Shown here piece after piece: positions 16,345 through 24,876 of a stretch of DNA of 43,875 nt. Position numbers and translations under genes: made by a program. The number at the start of each line of letters is the position of its first letter. Position 1 is the first letter of the stretch. The notes under the pieces were generated by a model. It was not told the DNA's origin. It did not search any database and saw nothing but the letters and a program-made list of their open reading frames with translations. Source of the DNA: an archaeon (GTDB taxonomy: Archaea; Nanobdellota; Nanobdellia; Pacearchaeales; GW2011-AR1); contig JBAXEZ010000002.1 of assembly GCA_037140195.1 (NCBI GenBank), positions 1-43,875 of the forward strand, in the 5' to 3' direction.

Positions 16345-17373
16345 TTAAGCATTTACAAGTTTTTCAAAATTCTTCTTAAACTCTTCTAGATTTTCTGTAG
16401 GTACTCTTGCTCCGCAAGCTTCTGGATGTCCTCCGCCCGTTGCACCTAAGATATTCTCTATTGATTTTAATAGATATTCTTTGGCTTTTTTGCCTCTGAC
16501 TGAAATATTTCCTACGTCTTGTTTTTTGTACATAACTAGTATATGTTTATTGGGATTATCGAACTGAAGTTTGTTTGCAAGTTCTGAAGACATACTTGTT
16601 TCTCCGGCGTATTCAAGTAAAATTAAATTTTTTCCTATATTTTCAGTCTTTCTTAGCAAGATTGCCATATGTTTCATAAGTTGTTCATATTTTTGATGAA
16701 GATGTCTCGTTTCTGTGTTTTCGTCTAAAATATCTGTGGGGTTGTTTGACTTTATAAAAAGTCTAAACATATGAAGGACGTTGGTTGTAGTATCTTTTAA
16801 CCCAAAATTAATCATGGCAGATATTTTACCTATTTCTGTTTTATACATGCAATCAAATGGGCTCTTTGTTGTGGACAGAAATTCGGGATTTTCTTTTGCG
16901 TATTCTTTAGCAAAATCAGGCATATAGTTATCTCCGATACAACCCGCAACTGCAAGCCACTGTTCAGTTTTTCTTTCAAAGGTTTTGTAGGCTAAAAAAG
17001 TGGTTGGTTCGCTTGAAGGAAAGCTGTTAAAATAATCTATCTTTTCTTTTATTTCATCTTCGAGCTCTACTTCATGATGGTCTATCCACGTAATTGGAAT
17101 TCCTTTTTCAAATACTCCATCAATAAATTCTTTGCTTACTCTAGGTTTATCCAAAATAAAAACATGATCGGGGTTTAGTTCTTCGACTTTTCTAAGATAA
17201 CTTTTGTCTAAATCTGGGAAAGATTTGATTGCAACTCCTTTTCCTCTTCCAATTGATTTTTGAAAAATAATAAAACTACAGAATCCATCTACGTCGTTAT
17301 CAAAGAAAAATAAAGGATTTTGGGACTTCTCTAGAGACTCTTTTATCTGTTCTAGTTCTTTTTTAGATAACAT
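16345..17373 (-). CDS. DHH/DHHA1-family phosphoesterase (NrnA/CnpB-like size; candidate c-di-AMP or nanoRNA phosphodiesterase)
   Basis: DHH motifs FFFDNDVDGFCS, VFILDKP, ITWIDHH, CIGDNY. DHHA1 motif GGGHPEACGARV. The start lies 1 nt after the DisA stop. Confidence 0.85.
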   Translation of the reverse strand: MLSKKELEQIKESLEKSQNPLFFFDNDVDGFCSFIIFQKSIGRGKGVAIKSFPDLDKSYLRKVEELNPDHVFILDKPRVSKEFIDGVFEKGIPITWIDHHEVELEDEIKEKIDYFNSFPSSEPTTFLAYKTFERKTEQWLAVAGCIGDNYMPDFAKEYAKENPEFLSTTKSPFDCMYKTEIGKISAMINFGLKDTTTNVLHMFRLFIKSNNPTDILDENTETRHLHQKYEQLMKHMAILLRKTENIGKNLILLEYAGETSMSSELANKLQFDNPNKHILVMYKKQDVGNISVRGKKAKEYLLKSIENILGATGGGHPEACGARVPTENLEEFKKNFEKLVNA

Positions 17374-17374
17374 T

Positions 17375-18409
17375 TTAGATGATTATCCTTCCTTCAACTA
17401 TTTTTTCTCTTAGCAGTGCTATTTCTTCTTTTATATTGATATTATTATTTTTCAAAGTTTCTTCCATCTTCGTTGTTTCGTCATTCAATATATCATTCAA
17501 TGAAGCGACTTCCTTTACAATGGCAGATGCTTCTTTTTCAGAGATGTTTAATGCAGACATAAATCTGTATCCTCTAGGTGAAACAATTTCTTCTAGGTCT
17601 TTTTGGAAGATTAGTCTTGATATAGATTCTAGTTCAATTATTCCTTCGAAGCTTAAATTTTCAAGTAACAGTTTTGTTTTTTTCAATGACATTTTAGAAT
17701 AATCTCTTATTATTTCTTCTTCTTTTCTTTCAACGCCCTTTAGGAGTTCTTTAAATCTCAGATTCATTAAGTTTCCTTCTTTTCCTACTTCAATGAAATC
17801 TTTTTTAAGTGTTTCAGAATTTCTCAGGATAATTTCAGCTCTTTGAATTATTTTACAAACGTCTGAAACTGAAACCATATTCGTTATTTCAATTATCCCT
17901 ATTTTGTTTGTTAGTTCATCGAATATTTCTCTTTGTTTTTCTAGTAACTGGATTGTATTGCTAATTTCTCTAAAAACTTCTTCTGTCGGTCTAAGGTAAC
18001 ATCTTGAGTTTCCATAATAAAGAGTTGTTTTCTTTCTTCTTTCGGAGATTGTTATTACTAAGGTGTTCAGTTGCTTTGCTGTTTTTTCTGCAGCTTTGTG
18101 TCTTGTTCCTGTTTCGTTTGTTGGAATCGAAGCGTCAGGAGTAAACAATACATTTGCATATAGAATTCTTCTTAGATCTGAAGAAATAACAATTCCTCCA
18201 TCCATTTTACATAATTCAAAAAGTCTTTGGGGTGTGAAACGGCAGTTAACTCTAAATCCTCCTTCAATTACTTTTTCTATCTCTGGTGTCTCAAAAGCGA
18301 TTATTGCTCCTAAGTCTGATCTAAGTAAATCTGCAATTACTGTTCTAAGAGCTGTTCCTGGGGCGACCTTCTTTATCTGTTCAAGCATTAATTTATCTTT
18401 CTCGTCCAT
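17375..18409 (-). CDS. disA: DisA-type diadenylate cyclase (DNA integrity scanning protein-like)
   Basis: DAC-domain motifs APGTALRTVIADLLRSDLGAIIAF, MDGGIVISSDL.RILYANVLFTPD and ETGTRHKAAEKTAKQ. DisA-like helical linker. The C-terminus shows no clear G-h-G hairpins of the HhH domain. Confidence 0.88.
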   Translation of the reverse strand: MDEKDKLMLEQIKKVAPGTALRTVIADLLRSDLGAIIAFETPEIEKVIEGGFRVNCRFTPQRLFELCKMDGGIVISSDLRRILYANVLFTPDASIPTNETGTRHKAAEKTAKQLNTLVITISERRKKTTLYYGNSRCYLRPTEEVFREISNTIQLLEKQREIFDELTNKIGIIEITNMVSVSDVCKIIQRAEIILRNSETLKKDFIEVGKEGNLMNLRFKELLKGVERKEEEIIRDYSKMSLKKTKLLLENLSFEGIIELESISRLIFQKDLEEIVSPRGYRFMSALNISEKEASAIVKEVASLNDILNDETTKMEETLKNNNINIKEEIALLREKIVEGRIII

Positions 18410-18471
18410 CTTTTTTTATTAACTAACTTCTATTTATATGTTTTGAACTTGATGTTTTTGACTATTTAAAC

Positions 18472-19074
18472 TTATTTCATGACAATTCTGGCGTCGGCGA
18501 CCATATATTCTTTATCGTTTACCATCAATGGATTGATGTCTAATTCAGTTATATGTGAGTTATTTTTTATTAGTTTCTGAATTTTATTTATTGCTTCAAT
18601 TATATTTTTATTTTCTCTTTCAGATAGTTCTTTTGAAAATTTAGTATCTAGTATCATGGATTTTATGTCTTCTTCTTTAATCGGTATTACTCTAAAAGAA
18701 ACGTCTTTTTCCTTTTCTATGTTACTGCCACCCTTGCCGAACATTAAAACGTGTCCGAATTCTGGTGTGTGTTTTATTCCAAGAATAGCTTCTTTTCCGG
18801 AAATCATCTTTTGTATAATGACTTCTTCGAAGTTTTCTATTTTAGAAAGTTCGATGAAACATTTTTCTGCTTCTTCTATTGTTTTGATGTTGACTCTTAC
18901 TCCATTTACTCTGGCTTTGTGCATTATTTTTGTTGAGGAAACTTTCATGACCCATGGAAAAGAAATTTCTACTTTTTTTAGGTCTGTTTTCTTTTTTGAA
19001 AATGCTCTTTGTACTACTTTAAGTTCGTTTTTTTCTAAGAAATCTTCTGTCTCTTTTTCTGTTAATTGCTTCAT
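18472..19074 (-). CDS. acdB: ADP-forming acetyl-CoA synthetase, beta subunit (ATP-grasp domain)
   Basis: PWVMKVSS.KI.HK, GKEAILGIKHTPEFGHVLMFGKGG, ELDINPLMV. The size (200 aa) fits ACD beta. Confidence 0.8.
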   Translation of the reverse strand: MKQLTEKETEDFLEKNELKVVQRAFSKKKTDLKKVEISFPWVMKVSSTKIMHKARVNGVRVNIKTIEEAEKCFIELSKIENFEEVIIQKMISGKEAILGIKHTPEFGHVLMFGKGGSNIEKEKDVSFRVIPIKEEDIKSMILDTKFSKELSERENKNIIEAINKIQKLIKNNSHITELDINPLMVNDKEYMVADARIVMK

Positions 19075-19175
19075 GCTAGTTTTAGTAGGGTAGTATTTAT
19101 ATACTTTCTTTATTGATATTTTATATGAAAAAGGGGATATTCGTGCGAGATTCAGAAGGACTAATTTTCAATATT

Positions 19176-19193
19176 TTCGAACATTCGTTCGAA
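19176..19193. promoter_or_regulatory. Inverted repeat TTCGAAC-ATTC-GTTCGAA in the divergent acdB/acdA intergenic region
   Basis: Read directly. A second perfect 10-nt palindrome, CCGATATCGG, lies at 19203-19212. Confidence 0.3.
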
Positions 19194-19279
19194 GAAAATT
19201 GTCCGATATCGGCAGTCAATGCTTTGCATTTTTTGCCTTGCCATTTTTTCTCAAGTAAACTTTCAAAAAACATGTCAAA

Positions 19280-20542
19280 ATGAAAAAGGTGGGTTTGAGC
19301 AATTTTTTTAATCCGCAAACTATTGCGATTATTGGAGCTTCTGATCATTTGGAGAAGGTTGGCGGGATTTTGCTGAAAAAGGCTTTGGCTAGCAAATTAA
19401 ATATTGTTCCGGTAAATGTTTCGCATGATGTTTTGCTAGGGATAAAGTGTCATAAGTCTGTTTTGGATTATTCGGGCAATATTGACTTGGCAGTTATTGC
19501 TATTCCGGAGGATTTTGTGTTTGGGGCTTTGGAAGAGTGTGGGAAAAAGAACATTCGAAACATTATAATTATCACTTCGGGATTTTCAGAAAATGGCGAT
19601 GGCGCGAAAGTTAAAAAGCTAGTTGATTTATCTAAGAAGTATAATTTTAAGTTTTTAGGAACTAACTGTTTTGGTATTTGTAATCCTTCTAGGAAGTTAG
19701 ACTTGACTTTTGCGGCTTCTATGCCACGAAATGGGAAAATTGCGTTTATTAGCCAGTCTGGAGCTTTGTGGAGCTATATTTCTGACTATGGTGAGATAGG
19801 GTTTTCTTCGTTTGTGAGTTTGGGAAATATGGAGAACTTGGACTTTAACGATTTTATACAGTATTATTCTAGAGATAAGAATACGGAAGCTATTGTTTTA
19901 TATGTTGAGAAGTTTAAAGATGGGCAAGAGTTCGTTAAAGTTTGCAAGAAGGCTATAAAGCGTGGCAAAAGAATTTATGCAATCAAGGGCGGAAGTTCCG
20001 AAGTTGGAGAGAAAGCGGCAATAAGTCACACTGCGAGTGTTGCTTCAGATTATGCGATTTACAAAGGAGTCTTTAAACAGGCAGGAGTTGAAATGTGCGA
20101 TAGTTTTATTGAGATGTTTGAGAAGGCGAGTAGAAGAAAAATAGAATACTCTAAAGAAACGGTTAAATTCAATCGCTCTTTTGTCATAACTAATGCTGGC
20201 GGGGCAGGGGTGTTGCTTTCGGACTATCTTTCTAAAAAAGGAGCTACTTTAATTGAGAAGCCAATGGATATTTTAGGAACTGCACTTGCGGAAGACTATG
20301 CTAAAGCTTTTAATGAAATAAAAGGTAAAGGTTTCGAAACCTTGTATGTTTTGGTAACTCCTCAGAGTATGACGGATAATGAAAATATCGCGAGAAAGGT
20401 AGTTGAGTTTAACAAAGAAATATCTAAGACGAAAAAACAAGTAGTAGCTTTATTTTTGGGTGGAAAATCTGTTGCGAAAGCGAAGGATTTGTTGAAGAAG
20501 AACGGAATTATTTGTTTAGATGCTATTGAAGGATTGAGTTAA
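19280..20542 (+). CDS. acdA: ADP-forming acetyl-CoA synthetase, alpha subunit (CoA-binding and succinyl-CoA-synthetase-like domains)
   Basis: FFNPQTIAIIGAS..VGG (CoA_binding_2), ISQSGAL, AAISHTASVASD (phosphohistidine loop). Confidence 0.85.
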   Translation: MKKVGLSNFFNPQTIAIIGASDHLEKVGGILLKKALASKLNIVPVNVSHDVLLGIKCHKSVLDYSGNIDLAVIAIPEDFVFGALEECGKKNIRNIIIITSGFSENGDGAKVKKLVDLSKKYNFKFLGTNCFGICNPSRKLDLTFAASMPRNGKIAFISQSGALWSYISDYGEIGFSSFVSLGNMENLDFNDFIQYYSRDKNTEAIVLYVEKFKDGQEFVKVCKKAIKRGKRIYAIKGGSSEVGEKAAISHTASVASDYAIYKGVFKQAGVEMCDSFIEMFEKASRRKIEYSKETVKFNRSFVITNAGGAGVLLSDYLSKKGATLIEKPMDILGTALAEDYAKAFNEIKGKGFETLYVLVTPQSMTDNENIARKVVEFNKEISKTKKQVVALFLGGKSVAKAKDLLKKNGIICLDAIEGLS

Positions 20543-20586
20543 CACTCTTTCAAAATCTTTAAATATGCCTTCTTACTGACTATTTT

Positions 20587-22119
20587 ATGAGGTGCGAGAT
20601 TCTTATAGGTGGCAAAGCTGGGCAAGGTCCGAATTTTTTGAGTGAGCTTTTGGCGAATAGCTTGATTAAAGAAGGTTATTACGTTTTTTATTCTAGAGAT
20701 TATCAGTCCTTGATAAGGGGCGGACATAATTTTAATCAAGTTAGTTTTTCCGACAGTCCGGTTTTTAGTAATGTTTCTAAAATTAATGTTATGGTTTGCT
20801 TAGACGAGAATACCTCTAAACTTCACAAGAAAGAGCTAACTAAAGATGCGATTGTTGTTGATTTCGTTCAGGGAAAGGGAAATACTTATTTTGCAGGCGT
20901 TTTATTCAAGATACTTGAGATTCCATTTTCAGTTTTAGAAACTGAGCTTAAGAATTATGGAAAGTTTGAGGAGAATTTGAAAGATGCTAAAGATGGTTAT
21001 TCTCATAATGGTCGTTCTTTGAAAGTTAAAATTAAGAAAGCAAATCATAAATTAGATTTATTAAATGGAAGCGAAGCGACTGCTTTATCTGCGATTAAAT
21101 CTGGTTTGGATTTATATTATGCTTATCCTATGACTCCTGCAACTCCTTTGATGATGGAATTGGGAACTATGCAGTTGGAGGGGGGAAATCATCACAAGGT
21201 GATTGAAGTTGAAAATGAAATTGCCGTCGCTTTGGCTGGAATTGGTTCTTCTGTTGTAGGAAAGAGAGTTATGGTGGGAACTGCAGGTGGTGGATTTGAT
21301 TTGATGACTGAGAGCTTGAGTTTTGCTGCTATGACTGAAGTTCCCTTGGTGTTTTATTTAGCACAGAGGCCCGGACCAGGAACCGGAGTTGCAACTTATA
21401 CTTCTCAGGGTGATTTGAATTTAGCTTTATATTCAGGACATGGTGAATTTTTTAGATTGGTTTTAGCTCCTGGAGATAATGATGAATGTATTAAATTAAC
21501 AAATGATGCTTTCTATTTTTCTCATAAGTATAGAGTTCCTTCAATTGTTTTAACCGACAAACACCTGGGAGAAAGTAAATCTTTGTTTGATAAGGAAAAA
21601 TCTTTGAAATCAGTTAAAGAAATTAAAAGTTCTGTGAAAGTTGGGGAGAGATTTAATAGTTATGAACACGACAAGAAGTTAAATAATATTGCAACTGAAG
21701 ATGCAGAAGTTATCAAATCAAATTTTGAGGTTAGAATGAAAAAAGAAAAAGCGATTATACAAGAGACTGAACGATTTGAACAGATTAAAGTTTATGGAAA
21801 TAAAAATTCTAAAAATTTAATTTTATCTTGGGGTTCTACTAAAGGTGCGATACTCGATGCTATAAATGAAAATAAAATCGACGCAAAGTTTGTTCAGGTT
21901 TTATATATGAATCCGTTTCCAATAAAACAAATTAAGGATGTGATCAGTAAGGCTAAACGAGTTTTAGTTGTTGAAAACAATTCTGAAAGTCCATTAGCTA
22001 GATTAATTGCTGAGAAAACTGGGGTTTTAATTGAAGATAAAAATAAAATTTTAAGGTACGATGGAAGACCTTTCTTTAGTGATGGATTGGCGGAAGAAAT
22101 TAGGAGGAGATTGAGATGA
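20587..22119 (+). CDS. 2-oxoacid:ferredoxin oxidoreductase, fused gamma-alpha subunit
   Basis: The N-terminus ILIGGKAGQGPNFLSELLANSL..RGGHN is the POR gamma domain. LNGSEATALSAIKSGLDLYYAYPMTPATPLM is alpha domain I. TATA-like tctTTAAATAtg ~20 nt upstream. Confidence 0.9.
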   Translation: MRCEILIGGKAGQGPNFLSELLANSLIKEGYYVFYSRDYQSLIRGGHNFNQVSFSDSPVFSNVSKINVMVCLDENTSKLHKKELTKDAIVVDFVQGKGNTYFAGVLFKILEIPFSVLETELKNYGKFEENLKDAKDGYSHNGRSLKVKIKKANHKLDLLNGSEATALSAIKSGLDLYYAYPMTPATPLMMELGTMQLEGGNHHKVIEVENEIAVALAGIGSSVVGKRVMVGTAGGGFDLMTESLSFAAMTEVPLVFYLAQRPGPGTGVATYTSQGDLNLALYSGHGEFFRLVLAPGDNDECIKLTNDAFYFSHKYRVPSIVLTDKHLGESKSLFDKEKSLKSVKEIKSSVKVGERFNSYEHDKKLNNIATEDAEVIKSNFEVRMKKEKAIIQETERFEQIKVYGNKNSKNLILSWGSTKGAILDAINENKIDAKFVQVLYMNPFPIKQIKDVISKAKRVLVVENNSESPLARLIAEKTGVLIEDKNKILRYDGRPFFSDGLAEEIRRRLR

Positions 22120-22622
22120 AAATAACTTACAGATTTGGAAAAGTTGGAGACGAGAAGGGGCTTGCAGAATTAATTAAAGAAGGGATTGAAAGAAAAAATT
22201 GGATTTATAATGGCAGCAATGTTGCTCCTGATAAAAAGAAAATTTCTAAGTTTAGAGAAGATTTTAAACAAGTTTCTAATACTATTACTGTTTTGGCTTT
22301 CGATGGTAAAAAGGTAGTAGGGTCTATTAATGGTAGATTTAAAAAAAGTGGGAGGTTGAGACATAGGGTTGAAATGGGTTGGGGAGTTCATCCAGATTAC
22401 CAGGGGCAGGGAATAGCAACTAATCTAGTTAGGATTATATTGGGTGAAGTGAAGAATAGAGGATTTAAACGAGTTGAAGCAGAATGTGCTATAGAAAATA
22501 AAGCTTCTTGGAGGTTAGCTAAGAAATTTGGTCTTAAAATTGAAGGTAGGCGAAAGGGCGGTTTATTGATTGATGACGGAAGATTTATTGATACTTATTT
22601 ACTTGGGAAGGTGTTGAAATAA
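22116..22622 (+). CDS. GNAT-family N-acetyltransferase
   Basis: HPDYQGQGIATNLV (Q/R-x-x-G-x-G/A motif), RVEAECAIENKASWRLAKKFGLKIEG. ATGA overlap with the upstream stop. Confidence 0.85.
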   Translation: MKITYRFGKVGDEKGLAELIKEGIERKNWIYNGSNVAPDKKKISKFREDFKQVSNTITVLAFDGKKVVGSINGRFKKSGRLRHRVEMGWGVHPDYQGQGIATNLVRIILGEVKNRGFKRVEAECAIENKASWRLAKKFGLKIEGRRKGGLLIDDGRFIDTYLLGKVLK

Positions 22623-23014
22623 TGGGAACAATAATAAAAAAAGTTGAGATAAATGAAGGCGTGAAGAAAATGATAGAAGACAATGCGCTTGGTTTTGCAA
22701 CTGTGGATAAAAAAGGAAATCCTCACAATATCGCTATTGGCTTTGTAAAAGTTGTTTCTAAAAATCAACTGATTGTTTCAGATAATTATCTTTATGAGAG
22801 TGTTAAAAATATAAAAAGCAATCCAAATGTTTCGCTTGTTGTTTGGGCTAAAGATTGGAAAAAGAATTGTATTGGTTATGAACTCTGCGGGAAGGCAAAG
22901 TATTTTTCTTCTGGAGAGTTGTTTGAATTAATTAAGAAAATTCCTGAGAATAAAGGTGCTCCTTGCAAGGGTGCAATATGGATAACTATAAACAAAATGA
23001 AGGTGTTGGATTAA
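22622..23014 (+). CDS. Pyridoxamine 5'-phosphate oxidase-like FMN-binding split-barrel protein
   Basis: NALGFATVDKKGNPHNIAIGFVKVV..NQLIVSDNYLYESVKNIKSNPNVSLVVW. TAATG overlap with the upstream stop. Confidence 0.7.
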   Translation: MGTIIKKVEINEGVKKMIEDNALGFATVDKKGNPHNIAIGFVKVVSKNQLIVSDNYLYESVKNIKSNPNVSLVVWAKDWKKNCIGYELCGKAKYFSSGELFELIKKIPENKGAPCKGAIWITINKMKVLD

Positions 23015-23015
23015 A

Positions 23016-23579
23016 ATGAAAATTGAGACAAAGAGATTAATATTAAGATTGCCTAATAAAGACGATGTCCCGGATTTAGTGATTGCTCTCAATAATAAAA
23101 ATGTTTCTAGATATATGGCTAGTATGCCCTATCCTTACACTAAGAAAATTGCTCAAGATTTTGTTTCAAGAAATATTATAGATTCCAAAAGCAAAGAACG
23201 AAATAAATATGAATTTAATTTAGAATTAAAATCCGAGAAGAAGATTGTCGGAGGAGTCGGATTAAGTAATGTTAAGTATGGGTTAGCTTCAATCGGTTAC
23301 TGGTTAAGGGAGGATTTATGGGGGCAAGGTTTAATGAGTGAGGCGGTCTTGGCAATGATTGATTTTGGATTTTCTAAATTGAAGTTAAGAAGAATAGAAC
23401 TTACTTGCAGTGAGGTAAATTCTGGCTCAAGGGCAATTGCTGAGAAATTTGGATTTAAATTGGAAGGGGTTCTTAGAAAGGCTCACGGAACTTTACATAA
23501 TGGCAATTTTGCGAATAAATGTGTTTATGGTTTGTTAAAGGAAGATTGGCCAGAAGTAAAAAAGAGGATGAAAAAATGA
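23016..23579 (+). CDS. GNAT-family N-acetyltransferase, RimJ/RimL-like
   Basis: IETKRLILRLPNKDDVPDLV..NVSRYM, GYWLREDLWGQGLMSEA, RIELTCSEVNSGSRAIAEKFGFKLEGVLRKA. Confidence 0.85.
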   Translation: MKIETKRLILRLPNKDDVPDLVIALNNKNVSRYMASMPYPYTKKIAQDFVSRNIIDSKSKERNKYEFNLELKSEKKIVGGVGLSNVKYGLASIGYWLREDLWGQGLMSEAVLAMIDFGFSKLKLRRIELTCSEVNSGSRAIAEKFGFKLEGVLRKAHGTLHNGNFANKCVYGLLKEDWPEVKKRMKK

Positions 23580-24004
23580 CTAACAAAATTATTATCCGAA
23601 AAGCAACTATTAAAGACATTAAGGCAGTTAGAGAAATAGCTAATGTTCCGGGACTTAAAGCTGCTGGAGATGATGAAGCTCCTCCTGCAAGATGGTATTC
23701 TCCTCTAATTAAAAAAATGTTTTATATTGCTGAAGTAGATGGAGAAGTTGTTGGCTTTTTAACTGGTGAGAATTTAAGGAATATTGGGCTTTTGTGGGAG
23801 ATAGGAGTATTTCCGAAATTTCGTTCGCAAGGCATTGGAAGTATATTACTTAAGAAATTTATAGATGAATGTAACAAAAAGAAATTAGTGGTAATGATTG
23901 CGTATGGAAGTAATAATGAGAATACTTTAGGATTTTTTAGAAAACATAAATTTATAGAAGGGGGAACATATAAAGAGCTAAGGTTAAACCTTAAAAATTT
24001 TTAA
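23576..24004 (+). CDS. GNAT-family N-acetyltransferase, RimI-like
   Basis: The ORF track gives 23519. The ATG at 23576 (MTNKIIIRKATIKDI) overlaps the upstream stop as ATGA, matching the coupling seen throughout this block. Motif FPKFRSQGIGSILL. Confidence 0.8.
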   Translation: MTNKIIIRKATIKDIKAVREIANVPGLKAAGDDEAPPARWYSPLIKKMFYIAEVDGEVVGFLTGENLRNIGLLWEIGVFPKFRSQGIGSILLKKFIDECNKKKLVVMIAYGSNNENTLGFFRKHKFIEGGTYKELRLNLKNF

Positions 24005-24005
24005 A

Positions 24006-24800
24006 ATGGTCAGTAAATCAATTCGTACAAATGCAGCACCTACGTGGTGTCCGGGATGTTTCAATTTTATGATACTTGCAGGTGTGCAGAAGTTTTTAGA
24101 AAAACAAATTGCGAGTGGAAAAAAGAAAGATGATTTTGCGATGGTTTCTGGAATTGGATGTCATGCGAAGATTTTTGATTATTTAGATTTACAAGGAGTT
24201 AATTCTTTACATGGGAGAGTTTTACCCGTTGCTTTGGGAATGAAAATCGCAAATCCTAAATTGAATCTTCTTGCGTTTTCTGGTGATGGTGATGCTTATG
24301 CTGAAGGAATGGAGCATTTAATTCATATGGCTAGATATAATTCTAATATCAAATATATGGTTCACAATAATCAGGTTTTTGCGTTGACGATTGCGGAACC
24401 TTCTCCGGTTTCTGAAATTGGATATAAAGATAAGACAAATCCTAATGGAGTTAAATTGCAACCTATGAATCCTATTAAATTAATGCTTGGGGCTGGTGCG
24501 AGTTTTGTCGCGAGAGTTTTCGCGGATGTTAGTCAGGTTCAACAGGTTTTAGAAGAAGCTCAGAAACACAAAGGTTTTTGTTTTATTGAAGTTATACAAC
24601 CTTGCGTAATTTTTCATAATGATGCGGGATATAAAGAGAAAACTTATAGCTTACAAGATGCGAAGCATGATAAAACTAATTTTGAAGCAGCGATGAAGAA
24701 AGCTGAAGAGTTCGATTACAATTCTATTAAATCAGATACAAAGATTCCGCTTGGTATTTTTTATCAAAAGGAAAAGAAGGTTTTTGAGGAACTTTTATAG
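24006..24800 (+). CDS. 2-oxoacid:ferredoxin oxidoreductase, beta (TPP-binding) subunit
   Basis: WCPGCFNFMI, SGIGCH, FSGDGDAYAEG (TPP GDGD motif), IEVIQPCV. Confidence 0.9.
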   Translation: MVSKSIRTNAAPTWCPGCFNFMILAGVQKFLEKQIASGKKKDDFAMVSGIGCHAKIFDYLDLQGVNSLHGRVLPVALGMKIANPKLNLLAFSGDGDAYAEGMEHLIHMARYNSNIKYMVHNNQVFALTIAEPSPVSEIGYKDKTNPNGVKLQPMNPIKLMLGAGASFVARVFADVSQVQQVLEEAQKHKGFCFIEVIQPCVIFHNDAGYKEKTYSLQDAKHDKTNFEAAMKKAEEFDYNSIKSDTKIPLGIFYQKEKKVFEELL

Positions 24801-24876
24801 TCTGTGGTTAGGAGAAAGTTCCCCTTCGGGCTTCACATTTTAAATGCTTGCAAAGCCTAGCGGCTAAAGAGATTAT

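Noticed and set aside
17379-19093. Antisense ORFs within disA and acdB (17379-17702, 18063-18422, 18656-19093, 18751-18936).
   Set aside because: Their Ser/Phe/Ile-rich translations are typical of the reverse strand of AT-rich, Lys/Glu-rich genes. The sense-strand genes have strong family motifs.
19121-19348. 75-aa minus-strand ORF in the acdB/acdA divergent intergenic region.
   Set aside because: It overlaps the acdA start and the promoter region, and it has no motif. It is probably spurious.
20539-20739. 66-aa minus-strand ORF overlapping the acdA end and the OFOR alpha start.
   Set aside because: It is antisense to two well-supported genes and their intergenic promoter.
22170-22391. Other embedded antisense or alternative-frame ORFs from the track: 11687-11884, 12551-12871, 13122-13316, 15377-15598, 22170-22391, 25298-25495, 25706-26071, 29338-29586, 32150-32422, 33269-33460, 34189-34389, 35692-36138, 38057-38245, 39085-39288, 39572-39763, 39818-40030, 41162-41362, 41450-41725, 41986-42279.
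   Set aside because: Each lies inside or against a longer ORF with family-level motifs or paralogue support. None has its own start context.
24801-24876. Slightly GC-richer 76-nt spacer between the convergent OFOR beta and decarboxylase genes, considered as a small structured RNA or terminator.
   Set aside because: Only weak 3-4 bp stems are present (ccc-cttc-ggg, gctt-gca-aagc). There is no tRNA-like or other recognisable fold.
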